From Mobula hypostoma (lineage: Eukaryota): 64,000 bases of DNA. The translations under genes were made by a program, and so were the position numbers. The stretch covers positions 32,242,001 through 32,306,000 of the forward strand of contig NC_086097.1 in NCBI RefSeq assembly GCF_963921235.1, given 5' to 3'. Position 1 is the first letter of the stretch. Each line of letters opens with the position of its first letter. Of this stretch, positions 38,973-51,650 are shown in pieces. The notes under the pieces were generated by a model, which was not told the origin of the DNA, did no database searches, and saw nothing but the letters and a program-made list of their open reading frames with translations.

Positions 38973-40076
38973 CTGAGCACAAAGGAAAAGCACACAGCCC
39001 AGGTTAGACAGAATTTCAGCTGGGTGCTAACAAAAAGCAGATGTTAAACCGAGAACAGAGAGCTCTAAGACTGGACACTGGCTGAGAGGACAGAGATTAG
39101 CTTTATTTGTCACACGTACATCAAAACATCCAGTAAGTTGCATTGTTTTGCATTGACTGCCAAATTACAGTCTGCGGGTTGTGCTGGGCAGCCCACCAGT
39201 GTCACCACACTCCCAGCACCAACACAGCATGCCCACAACTTACTAACCCCAAGAGTACGACTTTGAAATCTGGGAGGAAACCCACACAGTCACAGGGAGA
39301 GTGTACAAACCCCTTATAGACAGCGGTGGGAATTGACCCAGGGTGATGTTTTAAAGCATTATGCTAACCACTACACTACTGTGCCTGGCTGGGAGGACAG
39401 GCTGTACACAGCTCCTGGGAGTTTCTAATTAGTGGCATCACCCATGGAGTCATACAGCACACAGACACAGCCCCTTTGGCAAACTCAGCCATGCCAGCCT
39501 GACCTAGTCCCACTTGCCAGCCTTTCACCCATATCCTTCTCTAGTAACACGTACAAAACACTGAAGGGAATCAGCAAGTCAAGCAGCACCTATGGAAAGG
39601 AATAAATAATCAACCTTTCTGTTCTGATGAAGGATCTTGGACCAAAACACCAAATGTTTACTCCTTTCCATTGACGCTGCTTGACTTGCTGAGTTCTTCC
39701 AGTATTTTGTACGTGTTACTCTGGCTTTCCAGAATCTGTCATGTTTCCAATTCTCTCCCAACTCTCCTATCCAATGTAATCTGGAGCAACGAGGATGACT
39801 TGGAAGGGTTGGGGTTATTGAGATTGGGTGAAACACAGGTAGAGGTCACTGAAATGAACCTTGGTGCCTACAATGACACCAACCATTCCTGTAACCAGTA
39901 ACCAATCTTCCCTCCTGCCTTTTGTTATGAGGATGAATCAGATCACAAAGAATCCTTCATCAGAATTCACTATCAGATCACAGAGAGTCCTTCATCAGAG
40001 ATCACTCATCTCTGCGGAATGAATCAGATCACAGAGAATCCTTCATCAGAGATCTCTCATCTTTGTGGAATGATAC

Positions 40077-40186
40077 CTTGTCACTACGTCACGGCTGCCT
40101 CGACCTTCCCTCTCTTGTTCCTCAAGGCCCTGAAGTTCTGTCCCACGGCGATCAGTCAAGGACAAAACCGGAATTCCAAACGACTC
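40077..40186 (-). CDS. SYNE2-like: Exon ESFGIPVLSLTDRRGTELQGLEEQEREGRGSRDVVT(R)
   Basis: Pyrimidine tract with tttag|; AG|gtatca; phase 0-2 is needed to bridge the neighbouring exons. Confidence 0.7.
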
Positions 40187-40214
40187 CTAAATCAGGGAAA
40201 GAAGAAGCACATAC

Positions 40215-40778
40215 TAAGATCCGACCCCAACTCAGAGACAGGAACACAGTGAGAACTGACCCCGGTTCGGAGATAGGGACACAGTGAGATCTGACCCCAG
40301 CTCAGAGACGGGGGTACAGTGAGTTCTGGCCCCAGCTCAGAGATGGGGGTACAGTGAGATCTGGCCCCAGCTCAGAGACGGGGACACAGTGAGATCTGGC
40401 CCCAGCTCAGAGATGGGGACACAGTGAGATCCGACCCCAGCTCAGAGACGGGGACACAGTGAGATCTGGCCCCAGCTCAGAGACGGGGACACAGTGAGAT
40501 CTGGCCCCAGCTCAGAGACGGGGACACAGTGAGATCTGGCCCCAGCTCAGAGACCGGGGTACAGTGAGATCCGGCCCCAGTTCAGAGATGGGAACACAGT
40601 GAAATCTGACCCCAGCTCAGCGACAGGGACACAATGAAATTTGACCCCAGTTCAGGGATGGGGGCAGTGAGATCTGATCCCAGTTTAGAAATAAGGGTAC
40701 GATGAGATCCAATCCTGGTTGAGAGACAAGGGTACAGTGAGACCTGATCCCAGCTCAGAGGCAGGAGTACAGTGAGCT
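40215..40778. repeat. 35-bp minisatellite (acagtgagatctggccccagctcagagacggggac), ~16 units
   Basis: Period of 35 (e.g. 40386 and 40421). Confidence 0.95.
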
Positions 40779-41191
40779 ATTTTTGCATAACTTATTTATT
40801 TATATACAGTACATATACATAAGTATACATATACATAGAAATATATATATATATACACACACACAAACTTTCATTTCTTAATGTAATATATTATTTTGTG
40901 TATTGCTGCTGCAAACAAATTTCACAACATAAATTTTATCTTAATTCAGTTTAGCAACATGGTAACCACTTTGATCATTTTGCACTAAACTAGACTTCTT
41001 CTTTGTTTCTTGTAAAAAATTGTGCATAATTTATGTTTAATTTGTGTTTTACTTGTGAATGTTGCTTATCTGATGCTCTGTGCCTGTGATGCTGCTGCCA
41101 GTAAGTTTTTCATTGCACCTGTGCATCCATCTACAATAAAATTAATCTTATTTCTCTGAGAATCAGTTAGAAAAGAAAAAAAACAGATTAC

Positions 41192-42578
41192 CTCTTCCAT
41201 CATTTCAGGTGATCTTCCACAATCCTCTCCGGCTGGGGCATACACCACACGTCTGCAGTCTGAAGATTCCCCCAGTGCCTGGGAATAATTAGGAATGGGC
41301 TGACTTTCTCCTGGTAATGATTCCCGTCTGTTCTCCTGCGCAGGTTGTCCTACATCAAGGTCCGACACGGAGCTGCCTACTTGCAGGAGCCCACTGGCCG
41401 AGAGCTGGTTCGAAGCCCCACACGGGACAGAGCCGAGTCCCTCGCCTCTCACCCCATCATCACTGGGAGCTGTAATATCCTGAGGGGCCGCTGGTAACTC
41501 CCCTGTGGGCACCCTCACCTGCCCATCCCAAACCACAGGGTTATTCCCTGGTGGAGAGCAGCCACTCTGTTCCTCTGCACAGGGACTGACGCCCTCGGCC
41601 CTGGGGCTCCAAGTCACTGTGCCACGGTCCTGTTCGTGCTTGTCCTCTGGTACTGTTGTGGGCTGAGGTTCTTTGGCCCTCCGTGTGCTCTGTTCGTGGG
41701 AGTGGTATCCCCAAGCCTGTGATCCTGAGGCGGGCAGGCCGCTCCCTGCAGCCTGGGGTTCTTCATAGGCACGACACGGGCCTGGGTTTCCACCTGGGAG
41801 CCCCTGCCCCTGAAGGCTAAAGCCCCCAGAGGTGGGTGGAACACTTCCCTCTTCCTTTCCCAGACCCAAGGGCCAGTTCCCACCTCCTGTCCCCAAGTCT
41901 CCTGCTACCCAAGTTTCTGGGCTCTCCGACCAGCTCTGGTGGCCACCCTTGGTCACAGGGAGGTGTCCGGCCAGGCTCTCCAGGTTGGCAGGGGGACCTT
42001 TCTGAACTGGCCCCACTGTGCCAGTCCCCACTGGGGCCCCGGTCTGTCCTGCATCTACTGTGACTACCCCACCCCGTATTCCTGCTGGCTGACCGAAACA
42101 CGGGGCAACTCCAGAAGCATCCGGCTCCCACCTTCCGAGGACTCCCAGTCTCTGATGGAGGTTGTCGGCTTCCTTGACCCCCTCCAGCTCACTGGATTCC
42201 TGAAGTATGTTCTGTCCATCCTCACTGAGTGAGCAGGACAGATAGCAAGGAGGGGCAGAACTGTCACCCTCGACTACGGGGGCTCTGGAAGCTGTTGGAC
42301 TCCCCTCCACCACTCGGGTGGGACCTCTGCTCTCCAGCCCAGCACCCAGAACATCTTCATCCGGGTCACCCCCTGCCACCCCGGGTGGGCGGACAGCCTC
42401 GGAGTCCCTGCTGCACTTGGCTGCTCTGAGCTCAGTGGGTTTCTGTTCCTCCTTGCCAGCACAAGTCACCATCCTGGCTGGATCTCCGGACCACTCCATC
42501 CCAGCCAGCCGACCAAGTTCCTCCTGTGATCCAGTCTGGAGCAGCTCACCCTCCCTCCAGACCGCGGCACCCGGCTCC
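41192..42578 (-). CDS. SYNE2-like: Large 1387-nt exon, ~462 aa G/P/S/E-rich, probably disordered
   Basis: Longest ORF in the window (41066-42499) extends in frame to a ttttgcag| acceptor; GAG|gtaatc donor; phase 2-0. Confidence 0.82.
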
Positions 42579-42719
42579 CTGCAAAATTAAATGTTCGGTG
42601 ATTGTCACATCTCCCAGACCCAAACAAACACAACCCGCACAATTAGACAGAGAGCAAAACTTGTTTGTCAACCTACATGCAAAACACCTGGAATGCTCCA
42701 CAAAATTGGCAATAAATCT

Positions 42720-43765
42720 TTCGAACATAGAACAGTACAGGCCCGTTGGCCCATGATATGCTGACCTTCCCATTTATTCTAGGATCACCTTCCTACCCAA
42801 ATAGTCCTCCATTTGTCTTTCATTCATGCCTACCTAGGAGTTTCTTAAAAGTCACTAATATATCTGCCAACCTACCCCCTCCCTGGCAGCACATTCCACG
42901 CACCCACTACTTGCTGTGTAAACAAAACTTACTTCTGACAACCCGCTACGCTTTCCTCAGATCACAGGAATATTATGTCCCCCTGTATTAGCCATTTACA
43001 CTCTGGGAAGAAGTCTCTGGCTGTCCACTCTTATCAGCTTGTACACCCCTATCAAATCACCTCTAATCCTCCTTTGCACCAAAGAGAAAAGCCCCAGCTC
43101 GCTCAACCTATCATCATATGTCATACTCTCTGATCCAGGCAGCATCCTGGTAAATGTCCTCATTGCCCACTCTAAAACTTCCACAACCTTCCTATAATGA
43201 GGCGACCAGAACTGAATACAATTGTACGTTCCAAGTGTGGCTTAACCAGAGTTTTATACAGCTGCAACATTACCATCAGACCATAAAACATAGGAGCAGA
43301 ATTTGGCCATTTGGCCCATCAAGTCTGTTCCACCATTCCATCATGCTGAATTTTTACCATTCTCCTCCCTTCTCCCAGCAGCCTTTAATCCCCCTAATAA
43401 CCAAGAACCTATCAACCTCTGCTTTAAATATACCCACTTACCCTATGGCTCTTGAACACAATCCCCCAACTAATGAAGGCCAGCACTCCATACACCTTCT
43501 TAACTACTCTACCAACATGCATGACAACTTTGCGGGATCGAGGGATGTGGACCCCAAGATCCCTCTGTTCCTGTGTACTGCTAAGAATCCTGCCATTTAC
43601 CCTGTACTCTACCTTCAAGTTCATGCTACCAAAGTGAATCACTTTACTCTTTTCCGGAATGAACTCCGTCTGTCACTTCTCAGCCCAGCTCTGCGTCTTG
43701 TCAATGTCCTGTTATAACCTATGACAACCTTCTGTACTATCCACAACAATATCAGCCATTGCAAT
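42720..43765 (-). mobile_element. Nested CR1 fragments
   Basis: FTRMLPG and EQRDLGVH remnants. Confidence 0.8.
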
Positions 43766-44000
43766 GGGACATTAAGTCCTCTCTCTCGGACTGCTCAGTC
43801 TTTGCATCAGTAATTTAGCAGAACTCAAGATCACCTTGCACTCTGACAATTCCTTTGAACATCTGGTCCTGGATCACAGTGAACAGCTGGTTCACCAAAA
43901 CCTCCAGGGGTTAAGACCTACCTCCCTCCCATCCTGGCCCTGGGCGATCCCACCTAAGGCAGGCTACTCATTAACATTAATGCAGCCAGAGGATACCTAC

Positions 44001-44161
44001 CCTGTCACAGGTGTCCCAGCCCCCGTCGCCTCCTCCAGCTTCCCTGGGCCGTGTTCACAGCCGGTGAGGCTGACCCTGTAGGCAGACCCACAGTCGGCCT
44101 GCTGCCCTGTCACCATTCGTGGTTCACCCTCCATCAAAGCAGCACCTTCGCCAGCAGCGGT
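44001..44161 (-). CDS. SYNE2-like: Exon TAAGEGAALMEGEPRMVTG...GAGTPVT(G)
   Basis: ttccttgcag| and |gtaggt; phase 0-2 matches the acceptor phase of the large exon. Confidence 0.75.
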
Positions 44162-44290
44162 CTGCAAGGAAACACAGACCCAGGTACATATTCACACAGG
44201 TATGCACATACACACATGCGCGCACACACACAGATTCACCGTGAGGCGAGACTGTCACCCAACCGGTGACCAGGCGCGGAGGTACAGTAC

Positions 44291-44455
44291 CTGCTGTGCG
44301 GGACCAGCTCCCCGGCAAACACTCGGCGTTCCCGGCACCGGCTCCGGCTCCGCCTCCGTCCCCATCTCGGACTGCCGACGAGCCCGGCCGGTCACCGTGT
44401 GCCGCACCGCAGAGTCCAGTCGCTGCAAGTGCGCGGCGACAGCCGGCTGCACCAC
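44291..44455 (-). CDS. SYNE2-like: Rod exon VVQPAVAAHLQRLDSAVRH...GAGPAQQ
   Basis: cccttccag| and CAG|gtactg; 165 nt, phase 0-0. Confidence 0.78.
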
Positions 44456-44826
44456 CTGGAAGGGAAACCACAGCTCTTTGGCGCCATTGCAGCCTCTGAC
44501 CCGAGAAGGGGAGAAACAGGTGAAGAGCTTCACCCAACACAGGCACAACGGTCAGGGGAGGCGGGACAGACGCTGTCGGGTCGGGCTGGGTCGGTCAGTT
44601 TGGGATAGAGGTCGGGGTGGGCCCGTCATCATTTTGGGATAGAGGACAGGGTGAAGTCGGTGGGTCGAAATGGGAAGGGTCGGGGAGGAGTTGATCGTGA
44701 TGGGACGAGGTGAGGTGAGGTAGGGTGTGTCAGGGTGGGGTTGCGGGCGGGCCTTTGGGCTGGGGCGGGGCTGGGCGTTCCGACTCCCCACAACCACCAC
44801 CACTACTACTACTACTATGGACTCAC

Positions 44827-44961
44827 CGCCCATTGCCGACGGAGTTCTTCCCGCAGCTCGGAGACCGCTTGGCGCTTCTGGGGGGAGGCGGTGGTCTGGA
44901 GCACGTCAGTGGCGGCAAGGAACCGGCACAGAGTCCCCGAGTCAAAGGCCCGGATCGTCTC
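44827..44961 (-). CDS. SYNE2-like: Rod exon ETIRAFDSGTLCRFLAATDVLQTTASPQKRQAVSELREELRRQWA
   Basis: 135 nt, phase 0-0, |gtgagt; ends in a spectrin helix-C Trp. Confidence 0.88.
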
Positions 44962-47461
44962 CTACGAGGAACAGCAGCGGCTCATATGGTGCTGGCCACC
45001 ACAACACACCCCTCTCCTATCCCCCCGACCCCAGTGACCAATCCCCTCCCCCAAGCCCTGACCTACTGCCCACCCTCATACTCCTCCCCGTGTCCACTAC
45101 CCACAAGACTCAGATTCCTCCCCTACGCACTGATCTGCGCACTGCCCATACTGCTCCACCCTCGGTCCTCTGACCTCACCTCTTCCCCTTGACCCACTGT
45201 CCCACCCTCGCACCTTTCCTCCAGCTCTTCCCCTTACCCACTGCCCCAGCCCTACCCCCTCCCCTACCCCTCTCCTTCCCCTGGGTCACAACTCACACAG
45301 CCCCAACTCCTTCCCTACCCCTTGCCCATTCCACCCCACCCTCAGACCTCTCTCCAACCCTCCCCAATCCACTGCCCACACAGCCCCACATCTTCCCCTA
45401 CCCCCTGCCCACACTACCCCACCCACCATCAGACATCTCCCCCACTCCTCTGCTCCACAGCACCCATCCTGCCCCTTCCCACCCCATCTCATCTCACCCC
45501 CACATCTTATGACCCAACCTGAGACACCAAGGTCTGCAGATGCTGGAATGGGCAGCATCACATAAAGTTTGAAACTTCGGCTGTCCATTTCCCTCCACAG
45601 TTTCCACTCAACCCTCTGGGTTCGTCCACCATCGTGTTTGTTGCTCCTTACCCCAGTCCCTCCGCAGCCTTGGATCCAATCCCACTGCCTTCACATCCCC
45701 TCCTATCCCCATTTTCTCCACCCCCCCCACCCTCCTGGGTCCCCCTCTCACCAGATAAACACCCCCACCCTGAGTATTGCCTGGCGTGCAGTGCAGTTAG
45801 ACACCAACAGACCCCAGAAACATCTGCCTTTTCTGTTGCCGACATCCCATCAGTTGGTCTGGACCCAATCTACCTACCCTACCTCCTCCCCCACCCCTAC
45901 ACCAACACAGCCAGAACTTGCAGGAAAAATGGGGAGGCTATTCATCCCCTTCAACCTGACTAGCACCAGTCAATCTATCTCCCTATGTATCCACACTGTA
46001 TTGATGGAACCATCTACTGGAACACTCACCCCCCCCCACTCCTGCCCCCTCCACCTTGTGTGTGATGCCCCAGCTCCAGTTTTAAGGCTTTATTTTCCCA
46101 CTCTGGAGGCAATAATCTCTCTCTGATCCACATCTCATGTCCCAGTCACATATCCCCACCTCTCCCTGGCCCCCCTCCCCAGGGAGCACAGCCTCAGGTG
46201 CCACGGGCAGCTCTGGAGGGCAAGTCATTGGGTACATTTAAAGTGGAGGTTGACAGGTTCTTGAATAGTCAGGATGTCAAAAGTTATGGGGAGAAGGCAG
46301 GTCAATAAGTCTGCCATGGTGAAGCAGACTCAATGGGCCAAATGGCCTAATTCTGCTCCTATGCCTTCTGGTCTTATTTCAAACTAAAAAGGGTTGAGCG
46401 AGCTGGGACTTGATTTCTCTTCGGAGCGAAGGAAGATGAGAGGTGACCTGATGGTGGGATATAATATGATAAGAGACATACATTGAATGGACAGTCAGAG
46501 ACATTTTCCCAGGGCGGAAATGGAAATGGCTAATACGAGGAAGTATAATTGTAATGTGATTGGAGGGAAGTAGAGGGAGGATGTTAGAGGTAAGTTTTTT
46601 TTCACAGAACGCTGGGTGCATGGAACACACTGCTAGGTGGTGGTAGAGGCAGATACATTAGGGACATTTTAGAAGATTCTTAGATAGGCACATGGATGTT
46701 AGAAAACTGGAGGGTTGTGTAGGAGGGAAGGGTGAGATTCATCTTAGAGTAGGCTAGAAGGTTGGCAAAATGGTGTGGGCTGAAGGGCCTGTACTGTGCT
46801 ATATTGTTCTGCATATGTTGAAAGATTGGAGCGACTGGGCTTGTATACACTGGAATTTGGAAGGATGAGAGGGGATCTGATTGAAACATATAAGATTATT
46901 AAGGGATTGGACACGCTAGAGGCAGAAAACATGTTCCCAATGATGGGGGAGTCCAGAACCAGAAGCCACAATTTGAGAATAAGGGGTAGGCCATTTAGAA
47001 CGGAGTTGAGGAAAAATTTTTTCACCCAGAGAGTTGTGGATCTGTGGAATGCTCTGCCTCAGAAGGCAGTGGAGGCCAATTCTCTGGATGCTTTCAAGAA
47101 AGAGTTGTATAGAGCTCTTAATGATAACGAGTCAAGGGATATGGGGAGAAGGCAGGAACGAGGTACTTATTGTGGATGATCGGCCGTGATCACAGTGATT
47201 GGTGGTGCCGGCTCGAAGGGCTGAATGGCCTACTCCTGCACCTATTGTCTATTGTTTTATGCCAGTCTCGATCAACTCCACCTGCCCAAACCTTCCAAAG
47301 TTGTATGTATCCAGAGCTAAGCCCAAGGGGCTCACATCAGACTGGGCTCCTGGACCAGTGAACTGGCTGTCCATCTCAGACTGGGCTCCTGGACCTGTCA
47401 ACCAACAGTCTATCTCAGACTGGGCTCCTGGACTAGTGGAGACGGTCTATCTCAAACCTAC

Positions 47462-47620
47462 CTGGTGCTTAGCAATGAGCTCCTCAGGGGTGCCCTCATC
47501 CTGAAGGAACTGCACCGCCCCTTGGATACAGGCTTCCACCTGCTTCCTCGATTCCTCGAATTCCTGCCTGACATCAGTCTGCAACATGGAGTTCTCAGTG
47601 TCCTGTGCTGATAGGGGTTC
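47462..47620 (-). CDS. SYNE2-like: Rod exon EPLSAQDTENSMLQTDVRQEFEESRKQVEACIQGAVQFLQDEGTPEELIAKHQ
   Basis: (ct)n-cag acceptor and |gtaggt; resembles recalled nesprin-2 DIRLKMEESQKELE...SPGELISKHK. Confidence 0.88.
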
Positions 47621-48889
47621 CTGAGAGAGAGAGAGAGAGAGCTTTAATAGAGTCATAGTCAGGGGTTGTGAATATATTTGAGCGGGTGTACCCAAATTGC
47701 CCCCACCACTTGCCTTCATAGCACATTCCAAGCACTCACCACCCTCTATTTAAAAAAAACTTGCCTCGCAGATCTCAGAACTCGCTCCTTTCTCCTGAAA
47801 TGCATATTCTGTTAACAGACTCTTGAACAGTCTTCTAAAGAGGTACTAAAGATGAACTCTTAATCTTACAATCTATCCCTCACATACCATGGTCATTTTC
47901 AGCAGAGATTGTCACTGATTAATTCCACTATGGACGGTTGCAAAGGAAGGAGGGCTGGGCGTGGGGCTAGCAATCCCATCATGTAAAAACCCAGAGCTAC
48001 AGAAGTTCCAAAGACCTCATCCCTGGGAGAGTTGGGATCACAATATGGGCTACATCGGGAGAACAACTTGACAGGGTGGGGCAGAACAGAGAACAGTGGC
48101 GAGCTGCTCTTGGCAGACTATGCCTCAGTAGGGGTGATAAGTAAGTATTATCTCTGATGAATGAACTAGCAACAATAATTTTAACATTTTAAAGGAAAAA
48201 GGATGAGATCTTTTCTTATTTACACGTATTCATTCTTTACTTTTAAAATATAACAGAGACAGATTTAAATAAATGAAGCATTTTAGAAAACTTTTTCCAA
48301 AGTTATTAATATTATTCTTTTAAAAATCTGATTACAGATTAGTATCATTTATGAATGGTATTGTTACTGTACCGAGAATACGGAATGTGGTGCTGCTGTT
48401 ACAGAGGAAGTGCGGTGCTAGTAGAGTGATTGAAGATTCGCTTTATTTATCGAAACGTGAGTGAAATGCCTCATTTGCGTCAAATCAAACCAGCGAGAAT
48501 TGTGCTGGGGGCAGCCCACAAGTGCTGCCACGCTTCCGACATACCATGCCCACAACTTACTATCCCTAATCAATATGCCTTTAGACTGTGGGAGGAAACC
48601 GTAACACCTGGAGGAAACCCACATGGTCCTGGAGAGAATGTACAAACTCCTTACAGACAGCAGTGGTTATTGAATCCTGATCGCTGGTGCTGTAAATTGT
48701 TACTAACCGCTACACCACTGTGCCCCTCCATAATGAGGTGCAAGGTCATAACGAAGTTGACTGTGAGGTCTGTTCAAGAGTTTGATAACAGGACATTCAT
48801 TTAAAGGGAAAGTGTACATTCAAAGGAGACGTAGGGCATTTTTTTTACACAGAGTGGTGCATGCCTGGGATGTGCTGCCGGGGGCTCAA

Positions 48890-49750
48890 ACCACATCATC
48901 AAGTTCACTGATGATACCACAGTGGGCGGCCTCGTCAGCAACAATCATGAGTCGGCATACAGAGAGGAGGTAGAGAGGCTTGTCAATGGTGTGAGAACGA
49001 CAACCTGGGTCTCAATGTGGACAAGACAAAAGAGATGATTGCCAACTTCAGGAAGACGCAGGTCAACCACTCTCCATTGCACATCAAATGGCTCTGCTGT
49101 GGAGAACGTGAAGAGTACCAAGCTCCTTGGTATGCGCATAGCAATAATCTAACCTGGACCCACAACACCTCCTCACTTGTCAAGAAGACACAGCAGTGTC
49201 TACACTTTCTGAGTAGTTTCAGGTGTCCCATTCTTATAACTTTTTACAGGAGAACCATAAAGCGTGTCCTGTCTGGCTGCACCACTGTGTGTTAATCTGC
49301 ATAGTATACTAAAATGCACCAAGATGATCAGTGAGGTCTCCCTTCCCCGCCCCCTCTATTTGTAACATTTAACGGGTGCATTGTATATGAAGGGCCTGAA
49401 GCATTGTTGAGGATCCCACAGACTCTTTGACCCACTACCATCAGGACGGAGGCACAGGAGCATCTGGGCTAGGACTGCCAGACTGGGTAACAGCTTCTTC
49501 CCTCAGGCTGTGAGATCTCTGAATACCCTGCCACCACTGAGATCTCATCACTGGGACAGTGAGCTGATCACTGTTTACCTGTGCTGCACTCTTCACATGT
49601 ATTTTGAATTGTATTTTATTAACTTATTTGTGGTGCTATTTTGTTTTAAGCGATGTGTGTGATATATGTATTGCGGGTGTATCGTGATCCAAAAGAAGGT
49701 TGTTTCATTGGGTTGTGTATGTGCACAGTCAGATGACAATAAACCGGTAC
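48890..49750 (+). mobile_element. Decayed Rex1-type LINE fragment; others at ~37250-37975, 51770-52210 and 56800-57590, all +
   Basis: KFTDDTTV and DKTKEMIANFRK remnants. Confidence 0.8.
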
Positions 49751-50107
49751 TGGGCTGGTGGTAGAGGCAGCTGTGATACAGATATTCAAGAAGTTCTCAG
49801 GCACATGAATGGAGGGATGTGGACATTGTGCAGACAGAAGGGATTAGGTGTCAGTAGTTCAGTGCAACATCATGGCCAAAGGGCCTCTTCCTTTTCTGAA
49901 CTGTCCTATGATCTAAGTTCCATGTTCTTAACAGCAGGATAGAAACTGTCCTTGAGCTTGGTGATTCGAGCTTTTCAGCTTTTGTATCTTCTGCCTGATG
50001 AGAAGAAAGAATGTGTAGAGTGGGTGAGTTCTTTGATTATGCTGGCTGCTTTACAGAGGCAGCAGGAAGTGTAGACAGAGTCCACAAAAGGGTGGGTGTA
50101 TAGTCAC

Positions 50108-50146
50108 CTTCAGTGCACCCTGGTGATCACAACTTTGACTGGTCCA
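50108..50146 (-). CDS. Candidate 39-nt micro-exon WTSQSCDHQGALK
   Basis: tttttttaaccag| and AAG|gtgact; symmetric phase 0-0, so it can be skipped. Confidence 0.4.
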
Positions 50147-50385
50147 CTGGTTAAAAAAACACCATGTCACAGATCTTTCACAGCGATTCTGACCCAGGTC
50201 ATTCCAAACCGGACCAGTTCAGGTGGCCCCAGGAGCTTGAGCCATTGCTTGACCACCCTCTCTGACGGAAGGGTAGTCGCTGTGATACAGAAGCATTACA
50301 GCTACACACAGATGGAGCGTCAGCCTCAGAATTAGCAAGCGGAGGCCTGATTCGTCAACTATCGGGAAAAGAGGTGACCCCCTAC

Positions 50386-50486
50386 CTTCATGTCCAGCTC
50401 GTCCGCAGGGAACCCCCTAGAATATTCCAGAAACTGTGACAGGTATGTTATGATCGATTTCTCGTCGGGTTTCTGAAGAGCAAAAT
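50386..50486 (-). CDS. SYNE2-like: CH2 end DFALQKPDEKSIITYLSQFLEYSRGFPADELDMK
   Basis: PDEKSI.TY..QF motif; 101 nt, phase 1-0; not shown in the ORF track. Confidence 0.93.
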
Positions 50487-50781
50487 CTGGGAAGGAAGGG
50501 AGACGGTTCAGAGTGATAAATCAGAGGATTACAACCTCCCCAACATTTCATTTTTCCCCTTTTCCTATCATTCTGAATGTCACCCCAAACCCCACAATCA
50601 GATCCCAGCCAGTAACCCACTTCCACGGATCTGTTGTTCTATATAAAAACTCTCCAAACTCTTTGATTAGATCCCACCCTGTAACCCACTTCCAAGGATT
50701 TGTTATTCTATATGCAAATGCTATGAACCCCTGGATTAGATCCCAGCAGTAACCCACTCCCAGGGTCTGTTATTCTATATA

Positions 50782-51274
50782 CACTCTAGCTACTTTATTA
50801 GGTATCCAATAAAGTGACCATTGAGTATATGTTCATGCTGCTCTGCTGCACACCACAGTTGTTACTTGAGTTCTTGTTGACTGCCTGTCAGCTGGAACCT
50901 TTCTGGCCATTTGCCTCTGACCTCTCTGATTAACAAGGTGTTTTTGCCCACAGAACCACTGCTCACTGGATGTTTTTTCTATTTTGTTTTTCACTCTTTC
51001 TTGTAAACTCTAGAGACTGTTGTGCATGAAAATCCCAGGAGATGAGTTTCTGAGATACTCAAACCACCCCATCTGGCACCAACAGTCATTCCATGGTCAA
51101 AGTCACACATATCGAATTTCTTCCCTATTTTGATGTTTGGTCTGAATAACAACTGAACCTCTTGATCATGTCTGCATGTTTTTATGTATTGAGTTGCTGC
51201 CACATGATTGGATGATCAGATATTTGCATTAACGAGCAGGTGTATAGGTGTACCTAATAAAGTGGCCACTGGGG
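50782..51274. mobile_element. Non-autonomous Tc1-like element inside a second block of the ~70-bp minisatellite (50500-51330)
   Basis: TIR cact..g..actttattaggta / tacctaataaagtggccactgggg; TA on both sides. Confidence 0.75.
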
Positions 51275-51453
51275 TATAAACCTCCTGACGCCCTGGATTA
51301 GACTTCACCTATTGCCCACACCAGGGTGATAGATCACTCCTAATAACCAGTCTTGCTTTCCCTTGCTCTCCCCCTCTTCCCCTCTCCCTCCTCATCCACA
51401 CCTTCTGCCCCATTCACCCCCTTTCCCTCATCTACACTTTCCACCCCACTCAC

Positions 51454-51650
51454 CCCGGGCATCCAGCAGCCTGGGAATTCCCAGCTGGTTTTCCGCAGTG
51501 CGGAAGACCGTCTCCAGCTTCTCTGTGTTGGACTGCTGCTGGAGCTTGGCTGTGTTGAGAAGGCCGGGACGCAGGGCGTTGATTACAGCAGCGAAGGCCA
51601 GGCCGTCGCTCCAGCTGCCGCTGAGGTCCTGGATGGTAACGGGCTGGTCC
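51454..51650 (-). CDS. SYNE2-like: CH2 exon DQPVTIQDLSGSWSDGLAFAAVINALRPGLL...AENQLGIPRLLDAR
   Basis: CH2 SW.DGLAF and LGIPRLL motifs; 197 nt, phase 2-1. Confidence 0.95.

Noticed and set aside
40215..40778. RAG RSS heptamers (CACAGTG here, CACTGTG in the 34-bp array)
   Set aside because: No ACAAAAACC-like nonamer at 12/23 spacing and no V/D/J segments.
46815..47250. Segmental duplication with 15590-16028
   Set aside because: Similarity is confined to the CR1 3' end and the flanks differ, so these are independent young insertions.
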